Origin: the human T2T-CHM13v2.0 reference genome, Homo sapiens
Length of the DNA: 64,000 nt
NCBI RefSeq assembly: GCF_009914755.1
Contig: NC_060927.1
Reading direction: 5' to 3' (one strand)
Shown here: piece by piece, positions 1 to 13,270 of the stretch
How positions within the stretch are numbered: position 1 is the stretch's first letter
Layout of the letters: the number at the start of each line of letters is the position of its first letter
Position numbers and translations under genes: made by a program
Notes under the pieces: model-generated
Told to the model about the DNA's origin: nothing
Seen by the model: only the letters and a program-made list of their open reading frames with translations
Database searches by the model: none

Positions 1-321
1 AACCCAGTGGATTTTTTCAGTCGCCAGGATGGGAGAAGAGACAGAGCCTCATTGCCTTGCAGACCACCTGCTTCCTTCTAAGCTTTTCCAGAATCTTCAA
101 ACAAGAGCCCCTCAACTGTCTTCTAACATGAAGAGTGGGCCAGAGGTTTCAGGGGATTCTGGGTATTGAAAGTTCTCAAATATATTTACCGAGCTGTCAC
201 CATGCTAAGTGAGGTGAGGGAGATGGTTACTTCCTTCGTTAGGTCTTGTTTTACCTAAAGGGAATTATTTTGTGAACAAAAATACAAAGAAATTTTGACC
301 AAAGGACCAAAGATTCTCTAG

Positions 322-513
322 AGCAAAGCTTCTCAAATGTTTGCATTTACTGAATCACTTGCTGGGTGAACTTACTAAAACACAGATTGCTGGGCCTCAA
401 TCCAGAGTTTCTGATTTGGTATGTCTGGAGTAGGATAAAAGTCTTGCATTCAAGTTCCCAGGTGATGCTGATGCAGCTGGCTCAGCTCAGGGACCACACT
501 TTGAGAACCTCTG
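322..513 (-). mobile_element. MER5A (hAT-Charlie non-autonomous DNA transposon)
   Basis: Reverse complement of the MER5A consensus: cagattgctgggcc...cagagtttctgatt...caagttcccaggtgatgctgatgcagctgg...ggaccacactttgagaac. Confidence 0.85.
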
Positions 514-1469
514 CTTTGGAGAAAGGGGCAGTCCTGAGCCATTTAGCAGCCAACACACTCAGCAACTGAGGGATAGATATCCCAGCCTGGGAAAGGAGAC
601 CAGCGGAGTACCAAACTGTCCAGCACAACCAGTGCCACATAAATCTAAATGGTGTTGACATAACCATTCTGGTCAAAGGTAATTCATTTCAGAACAGCAT
701 GTCTATATGCATCTCTATATATTGAGTCTTTTAAATATTTGTAGTGTTAACAAAATTAATATGAATACTTTTATTCTTCCAATTGATGTACCAATTAAAA
801 CATTGGGTATTTATGAGCTTCCTCCCAAATTTGTTAGTTTACAGTTTTTTTGTCTCTCTCTCGACAATGAAGAAATGCATGCCTACATCAGATCATGAGC
901 GAGAAACAGCACCAAAGCCAGACCTGAATGTGTGTTTCATCGTAATGAGTAACTACTTAAGGAAGCATCCATAATAAAAATAAATCCAACTTGTCTAAGA
1001 AAATAAACTACCCCTTCTACACCTCCCCGCCCCCGGCCCCAAAGCATGAACACTACTTGATTCTTGGCAAAGTGAAAAGAGCTTTGAAATTAGATTTAAG
1101 TGACAACCACAGTAATTAAAGGTATCAACATCTGTTGAACAACAGTAGGCAAAAAAAAAAGAAAAAAAAACACATTATTTTGAGAGAAAAACAACACCCT
1201 AATTGTGGTTTTATACAAGGAGGCCTCTTTAAAGTTCAAATTATAATTATTGAATAGGTGTCTCACTTCTTCAGTGTTGGGCTAATTTTGTCTTGAGAAC
1301 ATCTTAGGTGGGACGGCAGGTGAGTTACTTTTATGTTCTTTTAAACTGCAGATGGTGATGCATTACATAGCAAGTGATTATAGCATTTTTTCTTTAAAGA
1401 GCTGAAAGTTAAAAGTGTTCTCAGGTGGTATTTGTTGTTAATGGCCATATCATTAGTTAATGGGGTTTA

Positions 1470-1878
<409 letters not shown>

Positions 1879-1964
1879 TTAAAGATACCTGTATTTTCTC
1901 CTCACTACACTTATCAAAATTATATTTAAATACTTACATAAATATTTGTTTAATATCTGTGTTC

Positions 1965-2070
1965 CCAGAATATAAGCTTTATGAGACTACAGATGGCATC
2001 TCTCTTGTTCATCACTAGCATGGTGCCTGGCACATAACAGGTGCTCGAAGAAACTATTGAAGATGTTAAT
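1965..2070 (+). mobile_element. L2 3' end fragment
   Basis: gaatataagcttt...ctagcatggtgcctggcacataacaggtgctc resembles the L2 terminus. Confidence 0.7.
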
Positions 2071-2829
2071 TGGTTAATTAAAGTGCTTTTCTGTATTTGC
2101 CCAGTATCTCTGGAGCTAACACTCATCCTGAGCATGCCTGTGAAGTTATTGTTTATTGCTCAAATTGCATTTTATCAAATAATTATAACTCAGGAAAAAA
2201 TATTCTTATATTGAGTATTTTAAACATGGGCTCCAAGTGAATATTCATGAATTTCTTTATTGCCAGATCTCAGGGTGTACCTTTCCCCATTATCATTCTA
2301 CCAATCTAAAATATTGCTGACTCCCCTCTGCCTCCTATCAGAAGGAAGGAAAAGGAGAGGAGAGGAAAGAAAGCATAAGAAAGAAAAGAACTATTGCTAT
2401 CCTTTTCCTCAATTTAAATTCTATTATGTAATCCAATTGGGGTCAACAAAGAAATATTGATTCTAAACTCCAGTTAACATATTCATATTTATATATCTGT
2501 ATTTATTCATATATTTAACATTTTGACCTTTATAGTGTTATCTAAGTGCAAAATTATCTTTCCACATTTGCCTCCAAAAATCCCATTGCCACTCCCTAGT
2601 ATAAAGTATTCCTAAAATTGGAAGGCAGTTGGATGACTTGATTTTCACACCAACTTTTGCTCTTTAATCTCTAATGAAGCTTATTAAGATATAAACATTC
2701 CTGAGCCCTATAACACGAGGTGGACCAGGTGGGAAGAGATGTCATAATATTTGCATGTTTAACAAATCCTTCAGGTGATCCTGATGTATAATCAAAGCTG
2801 ACCTTAAACTCACCTAATTTCAAAAGCAA

Positions 2830-3070
2830 CCATTTATTGAACATCTGCGTTGAGCAGGATGCTATTCTAAATAATGTATCAGAACATTGTAAGTCCTACA
2901 GAAAACTTATGAAAATATAAGTGATATTTACTTCTTTGTGTAGATGAGGAAAACAACACTTTGAGAGGTGATGATTTTGGTCAGGGCTACTAGCTTCCAA
3001 GTTCCAAAGCCAGAAATTGAACACAGGGCCCTCTAATGCTGAAATCCCTGCTTTTTTCATCCCACTGCAA
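2830..3070 (-). mobile_element. MIR SINE
   Basis: catttattga...tagatgaggaaaac...gagaggtga...agccagaaattgaacacagg matches the antisense MIR core. Confidence 0.65.
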
Positions 3071-5369
3071 AACCAACTATGGCACTAAAATTCAGTGACT
3101 GCGGCTTATTTCAACTTTAGAATTAGCAAAGATTTTTCCCATGAAAAGACATATTTTAAAAGGCTGATTTACCAAGGTAACAGATTAGGAAAAATTTTCT
3201 AACTCATCGTCATGGCTTTTGTGTCCTATACCATTTGATTAAAAAGTTTTTGACACTGTGGATACCCTGATAATGTAGTCTGGTTTAGAATCTTTGAAGA
3301 AAGGTTTGATGTAAGAGAAACTATTGATTTGTGTGCCCCCAAACCATTTCCAACCGATTCTTCACTGCTAGGTACTTAACAATTAGTATTTTAGCTTCCC
3401 TGCTGCTTTGAGATGGCCAGGTGTCTGAGTTCTGGCCCATAGGATGCTAGCAATAGCACAGCCCTTTGAACCTTGACCCCTTCTCTATACCTTACTGGTA
3501 GATGTGATACCTGGAGCTGCCTTTGCCTGTGAGTCACTAAGTCAACCTGGCAAGGACAATAGAGAATGCAATTCAGAATGCACCTGTGTATCTGGTAACT
3601 GTTGAGCCTCAGTGCCAGCCCTAGACTTTCTGCTTTTGGAATACTTGTTAGGCAAGACAAATGCACCTCTTTAAGGTCTGTGAGTCACTAATTCTATTTC
3701 TTGTAGCTAAATGCATTCCTCTCTGACATGAATTTTCCTAGACATAGCAAATTGCACTATAAACCCCTCACAGGTGATTTTTTTTCTTTATTTCTGTGGT
3801 GCCCAGGGCCGAGTTTTGCAGATAGTAGAAACCCTAGTAAGTTTGCATGGTGATGAGTATATGTGGGATGGATTTTGATGGATTTCAGTATGTCTACCTT
3901 CCGCCTTATGAGACTTGTTAGTCTCTTTGCAGGTGCTCTTCCTTTTCAACATAACTTTACGTTTTCTGAGAGTTAGCTTTGATAAAGAACCATAAATAAA
4001 AGCAAATCTCAGCCCCCACCCCCACCACCCCTTAGTTTAAAACCTGGCCTGTGTTAAGGATGTTAGTTCTGTGACATTAGTGTTAATCATAACCTGCCTT
4101 CTGCCATGAAAGACATCATCAAAGTATTTGAACCAAGGCCACAAAATCACTAGAGGAACATTCCGATGACAAATTTTCTCCTAAACCTTGTTACTTCACT
4201 ACTGCTTCCAGGAGGAGAGAAACAGGTTCCCAAGGTGCTCATTCTAGTAGGACAGCTAGACTGGAAACTGTTCCATCCATCATTTAACAAGCAGGGTCCT
4301 TTCAACCGTGCCTCGCCATAAATTGGTTCACCCTTCCACCCACTTGCATTGGACCTTGGATAAGCTACTTGGTCCACAATGAGCAAGACTGCATTGCCGG
4401 TAATTGAGAAGTTGCAGCCTGATTTATTCTTTGTGAATGGGTATGTGGAGCTGCCCAGTGATGGGCTGCACTTCTCCTTGCCCTGCTTTGAGGAGTTGAG
4501 ACTCAGCCTTTTTAGAGCAAAGCCAGGTGAATGGATTAGACTGGAATTTCTGAAAGAGTGATATGTGTACTATAAAAAAGGTGATTTTTAGCTATATATA
4601 AATGAATATTTAAAAAATTTCAACAGTCTTATATTTCTATATGTAACTTAAAAGTATACCTAGTGTGTCTCATCTATGATTTCATGGCTGTTCAGTAGCA
4701 TTGTGTGTGTATACGTGTGTGTGTTTATATTTCCTTTAAACTTATGTTCATATATCTGTGAGTGGGGGTATATATGCATGGATGTATGTATACTTAGATA
4801 TGCATAACATATATGCATCTATTTCCTTTTAAAATGTACTTATTTGAGTAAACAGTGTTTTATTATAGAGAAATATATTAATTATCCAGTTGTGTAGATG
4901 GCATATGGATTTAACAAACATTTTGAGGATGTTACATGAATGACTAGTGTTTGGGAGTCACTCAATAGTATGATTTGCTCAACTCTTAAGAATGCCAGTG
5001 AGAAGAAGAAAGGTAATTAAACAACACAGAAGGTAATGTTCATGTTACCCAATCACAGAGGTTGAGGCATGGGGTATCCACTTCAAAAGATAGAAGGAAT
5101 TCTCTCTAAATGAACCCAAAAGGTCTCGTAAAAGCACACTTCAGTCAGTTTGTGAAATATATATTGAATTCCTGCTGTTTTTAAGGCATCATCTTGATAT
5201 GTTAGCAGCACAGACATGTTCAAGATATACTTGACGTTTTCAGTGATTCTATAATGGTATAAGGAAAAGTCTGTCACAAAACCCTCCAGTGACTTTCTGT
5301 CCCTGGAAGAAAACTCATTTCTGTGTTGATTTACAGGGACTGCAAGCTGACCTCCATCCTCAAGTCTTA

Positions 5370-6205
5370 GCCCTCTTCTCTCTGTCCCCCTTGTAACAAC
5401 CATACAGGCTTACTTCCTTTCTTTCCCTTTTTAATATGGTTCGGCTCTGTTCCCACCCAAATCTTATCTTGAATTGTAGATCCTGTAATTCCCACGTGTT
5501 GTGTGAGGGACCTGGTGGGAGATCATTGAATCATGGAGTTGGATCCCCCATACTGTTCTTGTGGTAGTGAATAAGTCTCAGAAGATCTGATGGCTTTATA
5601 AGGGCTTTCCCCTTTCATTTGGCTGTCATTATCTCCTGCCTGCCGCCATGTAAGACATGCATTTCACCTTCCACCATGATTCTGAGGCCTCCCCAGCCAC
5701 GTGGAACGTGAGTTCATTAAAACTCTTTTTCTTTATAAATTACCCAGTCTTGGGTGTGTCTTTACCAGTAGTGTAAAAACAGACTAATACCCCTTCCTCC
5801 AGGGCACCATGTTTGTTCCTACTTTCACACCTAGAGACAGGATGGTCTTTCTATCTGGAATCTTCTTTCTCTTTATTTTCATAGGGCTGATTTATTCCAA
5901 TTACCTTATCTTACCTGAATTGTCACCCTTCAGAGAGGCATCTCATGAACACCACATCATCTCACCCTGAGCCCCTGTAAGAGCTTGCTATCTTACTTAC
6001 CTTGTTGATTTTTCTTTACAACACTTATGAATATCTGAAAATCACCTTATGTGTTACCTGTGTTCCCCAGGAGAACAAAAACTCCACAAGATCGGGGATC
6101 CATGTCTCTCTTAGTTAATACTGTATTCCCTCTATACTAAAGTTTTTAAAATAAAGGCTGGCACACATTAGATACTAAATAAATATGTTTAAATGAATGA
6201 ATAAA
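5370..6205 (+). mobile_element. L2a 3' region interrupted by a THE1 LTR
   Basis: tgtcacccttcagagaggc...ctggcacacattagatactaaataaatatgtttaaatgaatgaat, the L2a terminus. Confidence 0.7.
5432..5790 (+). mobile_element. THE1C/D solo LTR (ERVL-MaLR)
   Basis: taatatggttcggctctgttcccacccaaatcttatcttgaattgta...ctttataaattacccagtc...agactaatac. Confidence 0.92.
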
Positions 6206-8499
6206 GAGGAGGCATGAAGGCTTATGGCCAAATCTCAAAAACATTATAGAGTAGAGTGAGCGTGTCTGAAAGGGTGATCAAAAGAGTGTCATGATGGAGA
6301 AGGAACTTGGTGGAATCCTAACAGACAGAGCTGGAAGATTGGAGAATTTCCTTGAAGAGCAGAATTAAATGATCAAAAGGTTAGATAAAATAATCAAACA
6401 ATTTGAAGGATGTTTTTAAAATACAGCAGAAGCAGAGACTCCAAGTGGACATACCACGGCTCAAATTACTGTGTAAGACACAAATATTCCACTCTGAAAG
6501 CATAATTCAATTTTTCTTCTCTAGTCATCTAGCTAATCTCTGTGAGATAGCAGCATGGACCCTATAGCCAAAAGCACCTGAAACCCTGAAGCTTGAGTCA
6601 TGGACATGCAGGCCTCATTATTCCACATATTTCCAGGAGCTTTTGGGAAAACCTATATCATAGCACAGTATCTCATGTGTTGGAGCTCTGTCTTGTGCTT
6701 AATACTTGTTGTATGGCATAAAAGCAGTCTCTTTTCTGCGGAGCCTCAATTTCCCCCTAGGTAAACAGCACAGAGGTAGCTCTCTAAGGGCTCTACCATT
6801 ATTAAAGAATTAGAGAAGAATCAAGGGATTCAATGTCAATTATATTTTTTAAAGGTTCCCATGCAGTTTGACACTGAGAAGTAGCAAAACCTGAAGTAAT
6901 TATATTGAGCGTGTCTGGAAAAGGATGTTGAAACTTAAAGGAGGTGAGAGAGGAGTGTGACTCAGACTGTGATAGGATCAGAAGTAATGGTAGGAAACGG
7001 TCAAGTTATAGGTATATTTTATAGGTGTATACAAGAGGAATTTTCCTTTCGTCTAGAGTAGACTTGACATCCTTGCAGCACTAAGTAAAATAACAGTGAC
7101 ACCACACCTGAGCAGGATATTAAACGAGGAAAGTGAACATCAGCCTAGCATCCCATGGGTTACTGCTTTTCTGAGTTTGCACAAATGTTTGGAACTTACA
7201 TAACTAATTCCTCCTCATTATCTAATATGATTCTCCCAACAACTTTGTGTGGGGAGAGGAGGAGAATAGACAATTTATCTTAGGGAAAGAAATAGAACTA
7301 AGATCATATACCTGGTTAATAGTGAGGGTTGGACTTTGGCTGCAGCCTTCTGTTTCCATACAGCTATGATCAAAGAAAATTTGTGTTGAGAAAGGCAATG
7401 AAATATATTCACCATATCAAATCGTTTTTCCAAGTAGCATACATACATAAGCTTTGAAATCATGGAGTATGTCTTTGCCTAATTCCCCTCTGGTTTATAT
7501 ATGAATGAATATCAGAATCAATAACAACCAAGTCTTGAAAGATCTTTTCCTTGAGTTAAAGACATGTTTCTCTAAGGGGGAAAATGGTGGATAAGAGATA
7601 GGAGTAACATGCAGCTCCCACTTAGATGAACAGAAATAGCGTGTGGAGACTCACATTGTGAACTTATGCTCCAAGAACCACGACAGGAACATACCAGGAA
7701 AACTGAAAGAATTCACAGAACCTTTGAAAGAAACAGCTTACTGCTGCAAGCTCTGTGAGACAGTTGAAAAACTTGGCCTCAGCAAGCCCCACCCAACGAG
7801 AGTCTGAGCTCTGAACTGCCTAACCCTGCCCCTACTGGATGGATGGTTTTTTCTACCAGCCCTGGTAGCTAAAGGCAACAGACATAAACTTTTGGGAGCT
7901 CTATGGCTCCTCCCATCACTTGAGAAACACAGGTACTTATCCTAGCCAATGCAGGGCAAGCTTATATCCCCCTTCTACTACCATAGCTGGTGCTTTCTTG
8001 AAAGTGCCACCTCCTGGCTGGAGGTCAATCAAGTCAAGCCATTATAGCAACTCATAACAGAACAACCCTGCTCCAAAGAATGAAAAAACAACAGCTAATT
8101 CCACTGCCTGCAACACCCTGGCTAACCTGAGTCTGCCCACATGACAACTTCTCTGCTAGCATAACCAACATTTGAGAAAACCAGTGCACTAAGCAAAACT
8201 ACACCCAAAGACTCCCACAGAGTCCACTTTACTCCCCTGCTACCTCCACCTGAGCAGGTGCTGGACCTGAAGAGGGATCAAATTACAAGTCTCTTTGCAG
8301 ACATTCGCCAGCACCAGCCCAGAGCCCGGTAGCCCCACTGTAGGGCTAGCCCCCAGAAGGGCAATAAAAATCACTGCAGTCTGCCTCTTAAGAAGCCCCA
8401 TTCCTAGGGGAAGGAGGAAAGCACCACATCGAGGGATCGCCCCATGGGGCAAAAGAATCTGAACAGCAGTCCTTGAGTTACAGATCTTTCCACTGAAAC

Positions 8500-9400
8500 A
8501 ACTGAACCAGAAAAGTAATTCTGGTAATATGACAAAATGAGGTTCTATAACATCCCCAAAAGATCACACTAGCTCTCCAGCAATGGATCCAAACCAAGAA
8601 GAAATGCCAGATAAAGAATTCAGAAGGTTGATTATTAAGCTACTCAAGGATATACCAGAGCAAGTTGAAAACCAACATAAAGAAATTAAAAAAAAATACA
8701 GGATGTGGATGAAAAAGTCTCCAGAGAAATAAATATTATAAAGAAAAAACAATCAAAACTTCTGGAAAATAAAGACACACTTAGAAAAATGCAAAATACA
8801 CTGGACAGTTTCAGCAATAGAATCAAACAATTAGAAGAAAGAACTTCAGAGCTCGAAGACAAGGCTTTTGAATTAAGCCAATCAGACAAAGACAAAGAAT
8901 AAAGAATTTAAAAAATGAACAAAGCCCCTAAGAAATTTGGGATTATGTTAAATGACCAAACATAAGAATAATTGTTGTTCCTTAAGAGAAATCTGCAAGT
9001 TTGGAAAATGTATTTAAGGGAATAATCAAGGAAAACTTCCTTGGTCTTGCTAGGGAGCTAGACATCCAAATACAAATAGCTCAAAGAACACCCAGGAAAT
9101 TCATTGTAAAAAGATGATCACCTAGGCACATAGTTATCAGATTATCTAAATTCAAGATAAAGGAAAGCATCTTAAGGACTGTGATAAAAAGTATCACCTG
9201 TAAAGGAAAACCTATCAGATTAACAGCAGATTTCTCGGCAGAAACCCTCCAAGCAGGAAGGGATTGGGGTCCTATCTTTAGCCTCCTTAAACAAAATAAT
9301 TATCAGCCTGTCAGCTCAGACAAACAAATGCTGAAAGATTTTGCCTGCTACCAAGCCAGCCCTACAAGATCTACTAAAAAGGGTTCTAAATCTTAAAATA
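8500..9400 (+). pseudogene. L1 ORF1p remnant with stops and frameshifts
   Basis: ORF fragments ...LEERTSELEDKAFE... (8705-8902) and ...KGKPIRLTADFSAETLQA... (9181-9396). Confidence 0.9.
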
Positions 9401-9520
9401 AAACCTGAAAATATACCAAAATAGAATCCGCCCAAAGCATAAATCTCACAGGGACCCACAAAAAAAATAGAAAAACAAAAACAAAAACAAAAACACAACA
9501 TACATAGGCAACAACTAGCA

Positions 9521-12500
9521 TGATGAATAGAACAGTACCTCATATCTCAATACTAACATTGAATGTAAATGGCCTAAATGCTCCACTTAAAAGATACAGA
9601 ATGGCAGAACAGATTAAAAGTCTATCAACCAAGTATCTGCTGTCTTCAAGAGACTCATCTAGCACATAAGGACTCACATAAACTTAAGGTAAGTGGGTTA
9701 AAAAAAGATATTCCATGCAAATGGAAACCAAAAGCGAGCAGAAGTAGCTATTCTTATATCAGACAAAACAAACTTTAAAGCAACAACAGTTAGATAAAGA
9801 GGAACATTATTTAATGATAAAAGGACTAGTCTAACAGGAAAATATGACATAAATATATATGCACCTAACACTGGAGCTCCCAAATTTATCAAACGATTAC
9901 TACTAGACCTAAGAAATGAGATAGACAGCAACACATTAATTGTGGGGGACTTCAGTACACCATTGACAGCACTAGACAGGTCATCAAGATAGAAAGTCAA
10001 CAAAGAAACAATGGGCTTAAGCTATACACTAGAATGAATGGACTTAACAGATATTTACAGAACATTCTACTCAACAACTATAGAATATACATTCTTTTCA
10101 TCAGCACGTGAAACATTCTCCAAGATAGACCATATCATAGGCCACAAAACAAGTCTCAATAAGTTTAAGATAATCTAAATTTTATCAAGTACTCTCTCAG
10201 ACCACAGTGAAATAAAATTGGAAACTAACTCCAAGAGGAACCTTTAAAACTATGCAAATTATGCAAATTAAGTAATCTGCTCCTGAATGATCTTTGGGTC
10301 AACAAAGAAATTTTGATGGAAATTTAAAAATTATTTGGATTGAATAATAGTGACACAACCTATCAAAACCTCTGGGATACAGCAAAAGTGGTGATAATAA
10401 GAAAGTTTATAGCATTAAATGCTTACATAAAAAGTTTGAAAGAGTACAAGTAGACAATTTAAGCTCATACCTCAAGGAACTAGAGAAACAAGAACAAACC
10501 AAAACCCAACCCAGCAGAAGTAAAGAAACAACAAAGATCAGAGTAGAACTAAATGAAATTGAAACAAAAAAATACAAAAGATAAATGAAACAAAAAGCTG
10601 TTTCTTTGAAAAGATAAGCAAAATCAATAGACCATTAGTGAAATTAACCACAAAAAGAAGAGAGAAGATCCAAATAAGCTCAATTAGAAATGAAATGGGA
10701 GGTATTACAACAAATACCACAGAAATACTAAAGATCATTCAAGGCTACTGTGAACACCTTTATGCACACAAACTAGAAAACCTAGAGGACATAGATACAT
10801 TCCTGGAAATAAACAACCCTCATAGATTAAATCAGAAAGAAAAAGAAACTGAACAGACCAATAACAAGCAGTGATACCGAAATGGTAATTTAAAAATTGC
10901 CAAAAAAAGGTCTAGGACCAGATGGATTCACAGCTGAATTCTATCAGACATTCAAAGATGAATTGGTACCAATCCTATTGAAACTATTCCAAATGATAAA
11001 GAGGGAATTCTCCCTAAATCATTCTATGAAACCAGTATCACCATAAAACCAAAACCAGGAAAGAACGTAACAAAAAAAAACACAGACCAATATCCCTGAT
11101 GAAGATAGATGCAAAAATTCTCAACAAAATACTTGTGAACTGAATCCAACAGCATATCCAAAAGATAATATGCCACGATCAAGTGGATTTCATACCTGGG
11201 ATGCAGGGTTGGTTTAACATACGCAAGTCAATAAACTTGATATAGCACATAAACAGAATTAAAAACAAAATTCATATGGTCATCTCAATTGCAAAAAAAA
11301 AGCACTTGGCAAAATCCAGTATTCCTTTATAACTAAAACCCTCAGCAAAATTGGCATAGAAGGGACATACCTTAAGGTAATAAAAGCCATCTGTGACAAA
11401 CCCACAGTCAACAGTATACAGAATGGGGAAAAGTTGAAACCATTTCCCCTGAGAACTGAAACAAGACAAGGATGCCCACTTTCACCACTTTTATTCAACA
11501 TAATACTGGAAGTCCTCACCAGAGCAATTAGACAAGAGAAGGAAATAAAGAGCATCCAAGTCAGTAAAGAGGAAGTCAAACTGTCTCTGTTCACTGATGA
11601 TATGATTGCATACCTAGAAAACCCTAAAGTCTCATCCAAAAATCTCCTAGATCTGACAAATGAATTCAGTAAAGTTTCAGGATACAAAATCAATGTACAC
11701 AAATCAGTAGTACGGCTATACACCAAGAGCGACCAAGCTGAGAATGAAATGAAGAGCTCAACCTCTTTCACAACAGCTGTAAATCTATATATAATATTTG
11801 GGAATATGCCTAACCAAGGAGGCGAAAGATCTCTACAAGGAAAACTACAAAACACTGCTGAAAAAAAATCATAGACAACACAAACAAATGAAAACACATT
11901 CCATGGTCATGAATGGGTAGAATCAATATTGTGAAAATGACCATACTGCCAAAAGCAATCTATAAATTCAATGCAATTCCCATCAAAATACCATCATCAT
12001 TCTTCACAGAACTAGAAAAAACAATAGCATGATACTGGTATAAAAATAGGCACATAGACCAATGGAACAGAATAGAGAATTCAGAAATAAATCCACTTAC
12101 TTACAGCCAACTGCTCTTTGACAAAGCAAACAAACATAAAATGGAGAAAGGACACCCTATTCAACAAATGGTGCTGGGATAATTGGCAAGCCACACGTCG
12201 AAGAATAAAGCTGGATCCTTCTCTCTCACCTTATACAAAAATCAAGATGAATCGAAGACTTAAATCTAAGACCTCTAACCATACAAATTCTAGAAGATAA
12301 CATAAGAAAACCTCTTCTAGATGTTAGCTTAGGCAAATAGTTCGTGACCAAGAACCCACAACCAAATGCAACAAAGACAAATATAAGTAGATGGGACTTA
12401 ATTTAGCAAAAAAGCTTCTACACAGCAAAAGAAATAATCAGCAGAGTAAACAGACACCCCACAGAGTGGGAGAAAGTATTCGCAAACTACGCATCCAACA

Positions 12501-13270
12501 AAGGACTAATATCCAAAAATCTATAAGGAACTCAAATCAACAGGAAAAAAATAATCCCATTAAAAAGTGGGCTAAGGACATGAACAGACAATTCTCAAAA
12601 GATACACAAATGGCCAATAAACATATGAAAAAAATGCTAAACATCATTAGTTATCAGGGAAATGCAAATCAAAACCACAATGTGATACCACCTTACTCCT
12701 ACAAAAATGACCATAATTAAAAAATAAATTAAAAAAAGATATTGACATGGATTTGGTGAAAAGGGAACACTTATACATTGCTGGTGGGAATGTAAACTAG
12801 TACAACCACTATAGAAAACTGTATGGAGATTTCTTAAAGAACTAAGAATAGAACTGCCATTTGATCCAGCAATCCCACTACTGGGTATCTACCCAGAAGA
12901 AGTCATTATATGAAAAAGACAGTTGCACATGCATGTTTATAGTAGCAAAATTCATAATTGTAAAAATATGAAACCAGCCTAAATGCCCATCAAACAATGA
13001 GCAAATAAAGAAAATGTGGGATATATATAAATATATATATCCCCCCTTAAAGCATACATTTATATATTATATATCATCTACATATATATTTATGTACACA
13101 CACACACACACACACACACACACCCCATGGAATACTATTCAGCCATCAAGATGGATAAAATAATGGCATTTGCAACAACGTGGATGGAGTTGGAGACCAT
13201 TATTCTACATGAAGTAACTCAGAAATGGAAAACCAAACATTCTATATTCTCACCTATAAGAGGGAGCTAA
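9521..13270 (+). pseudogene. L1 ORF2p remnant (APE endonuclease and reverse transcriptase), disrupted
   Basis: TLNVNGLN, CCLQETHL and VGDF endonuclease motifs; RT fragment [14 protein letters not shown]...[15 protein letters not shown] (11434-11874); multiple stops. Confidence 0.92.
13021..13122. repeat. (TA)n/(CA)n microsatellite inside the L1 3' region
   Basis: atatatat...cacacacacac. Confidence 0.9.

Noticed and set aside
1022-1040. C-rich tract as a G-quadruplex or promoter (similar tract at ~4013-4031)
   Set aside because: Only three full G-runs on the minus strand and no CpG island.
11434-11874. 146-aa RT ORF as a functional reverse transcriptase
   Set aside because: It is a fragment of L1 ORF2 surrounded by stops and frameshifts.
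11280-11897. Longest ORF (205 aa, minus strand)
   Set aside because: It is the antisense frame of L1 ORF2, a common artefact.
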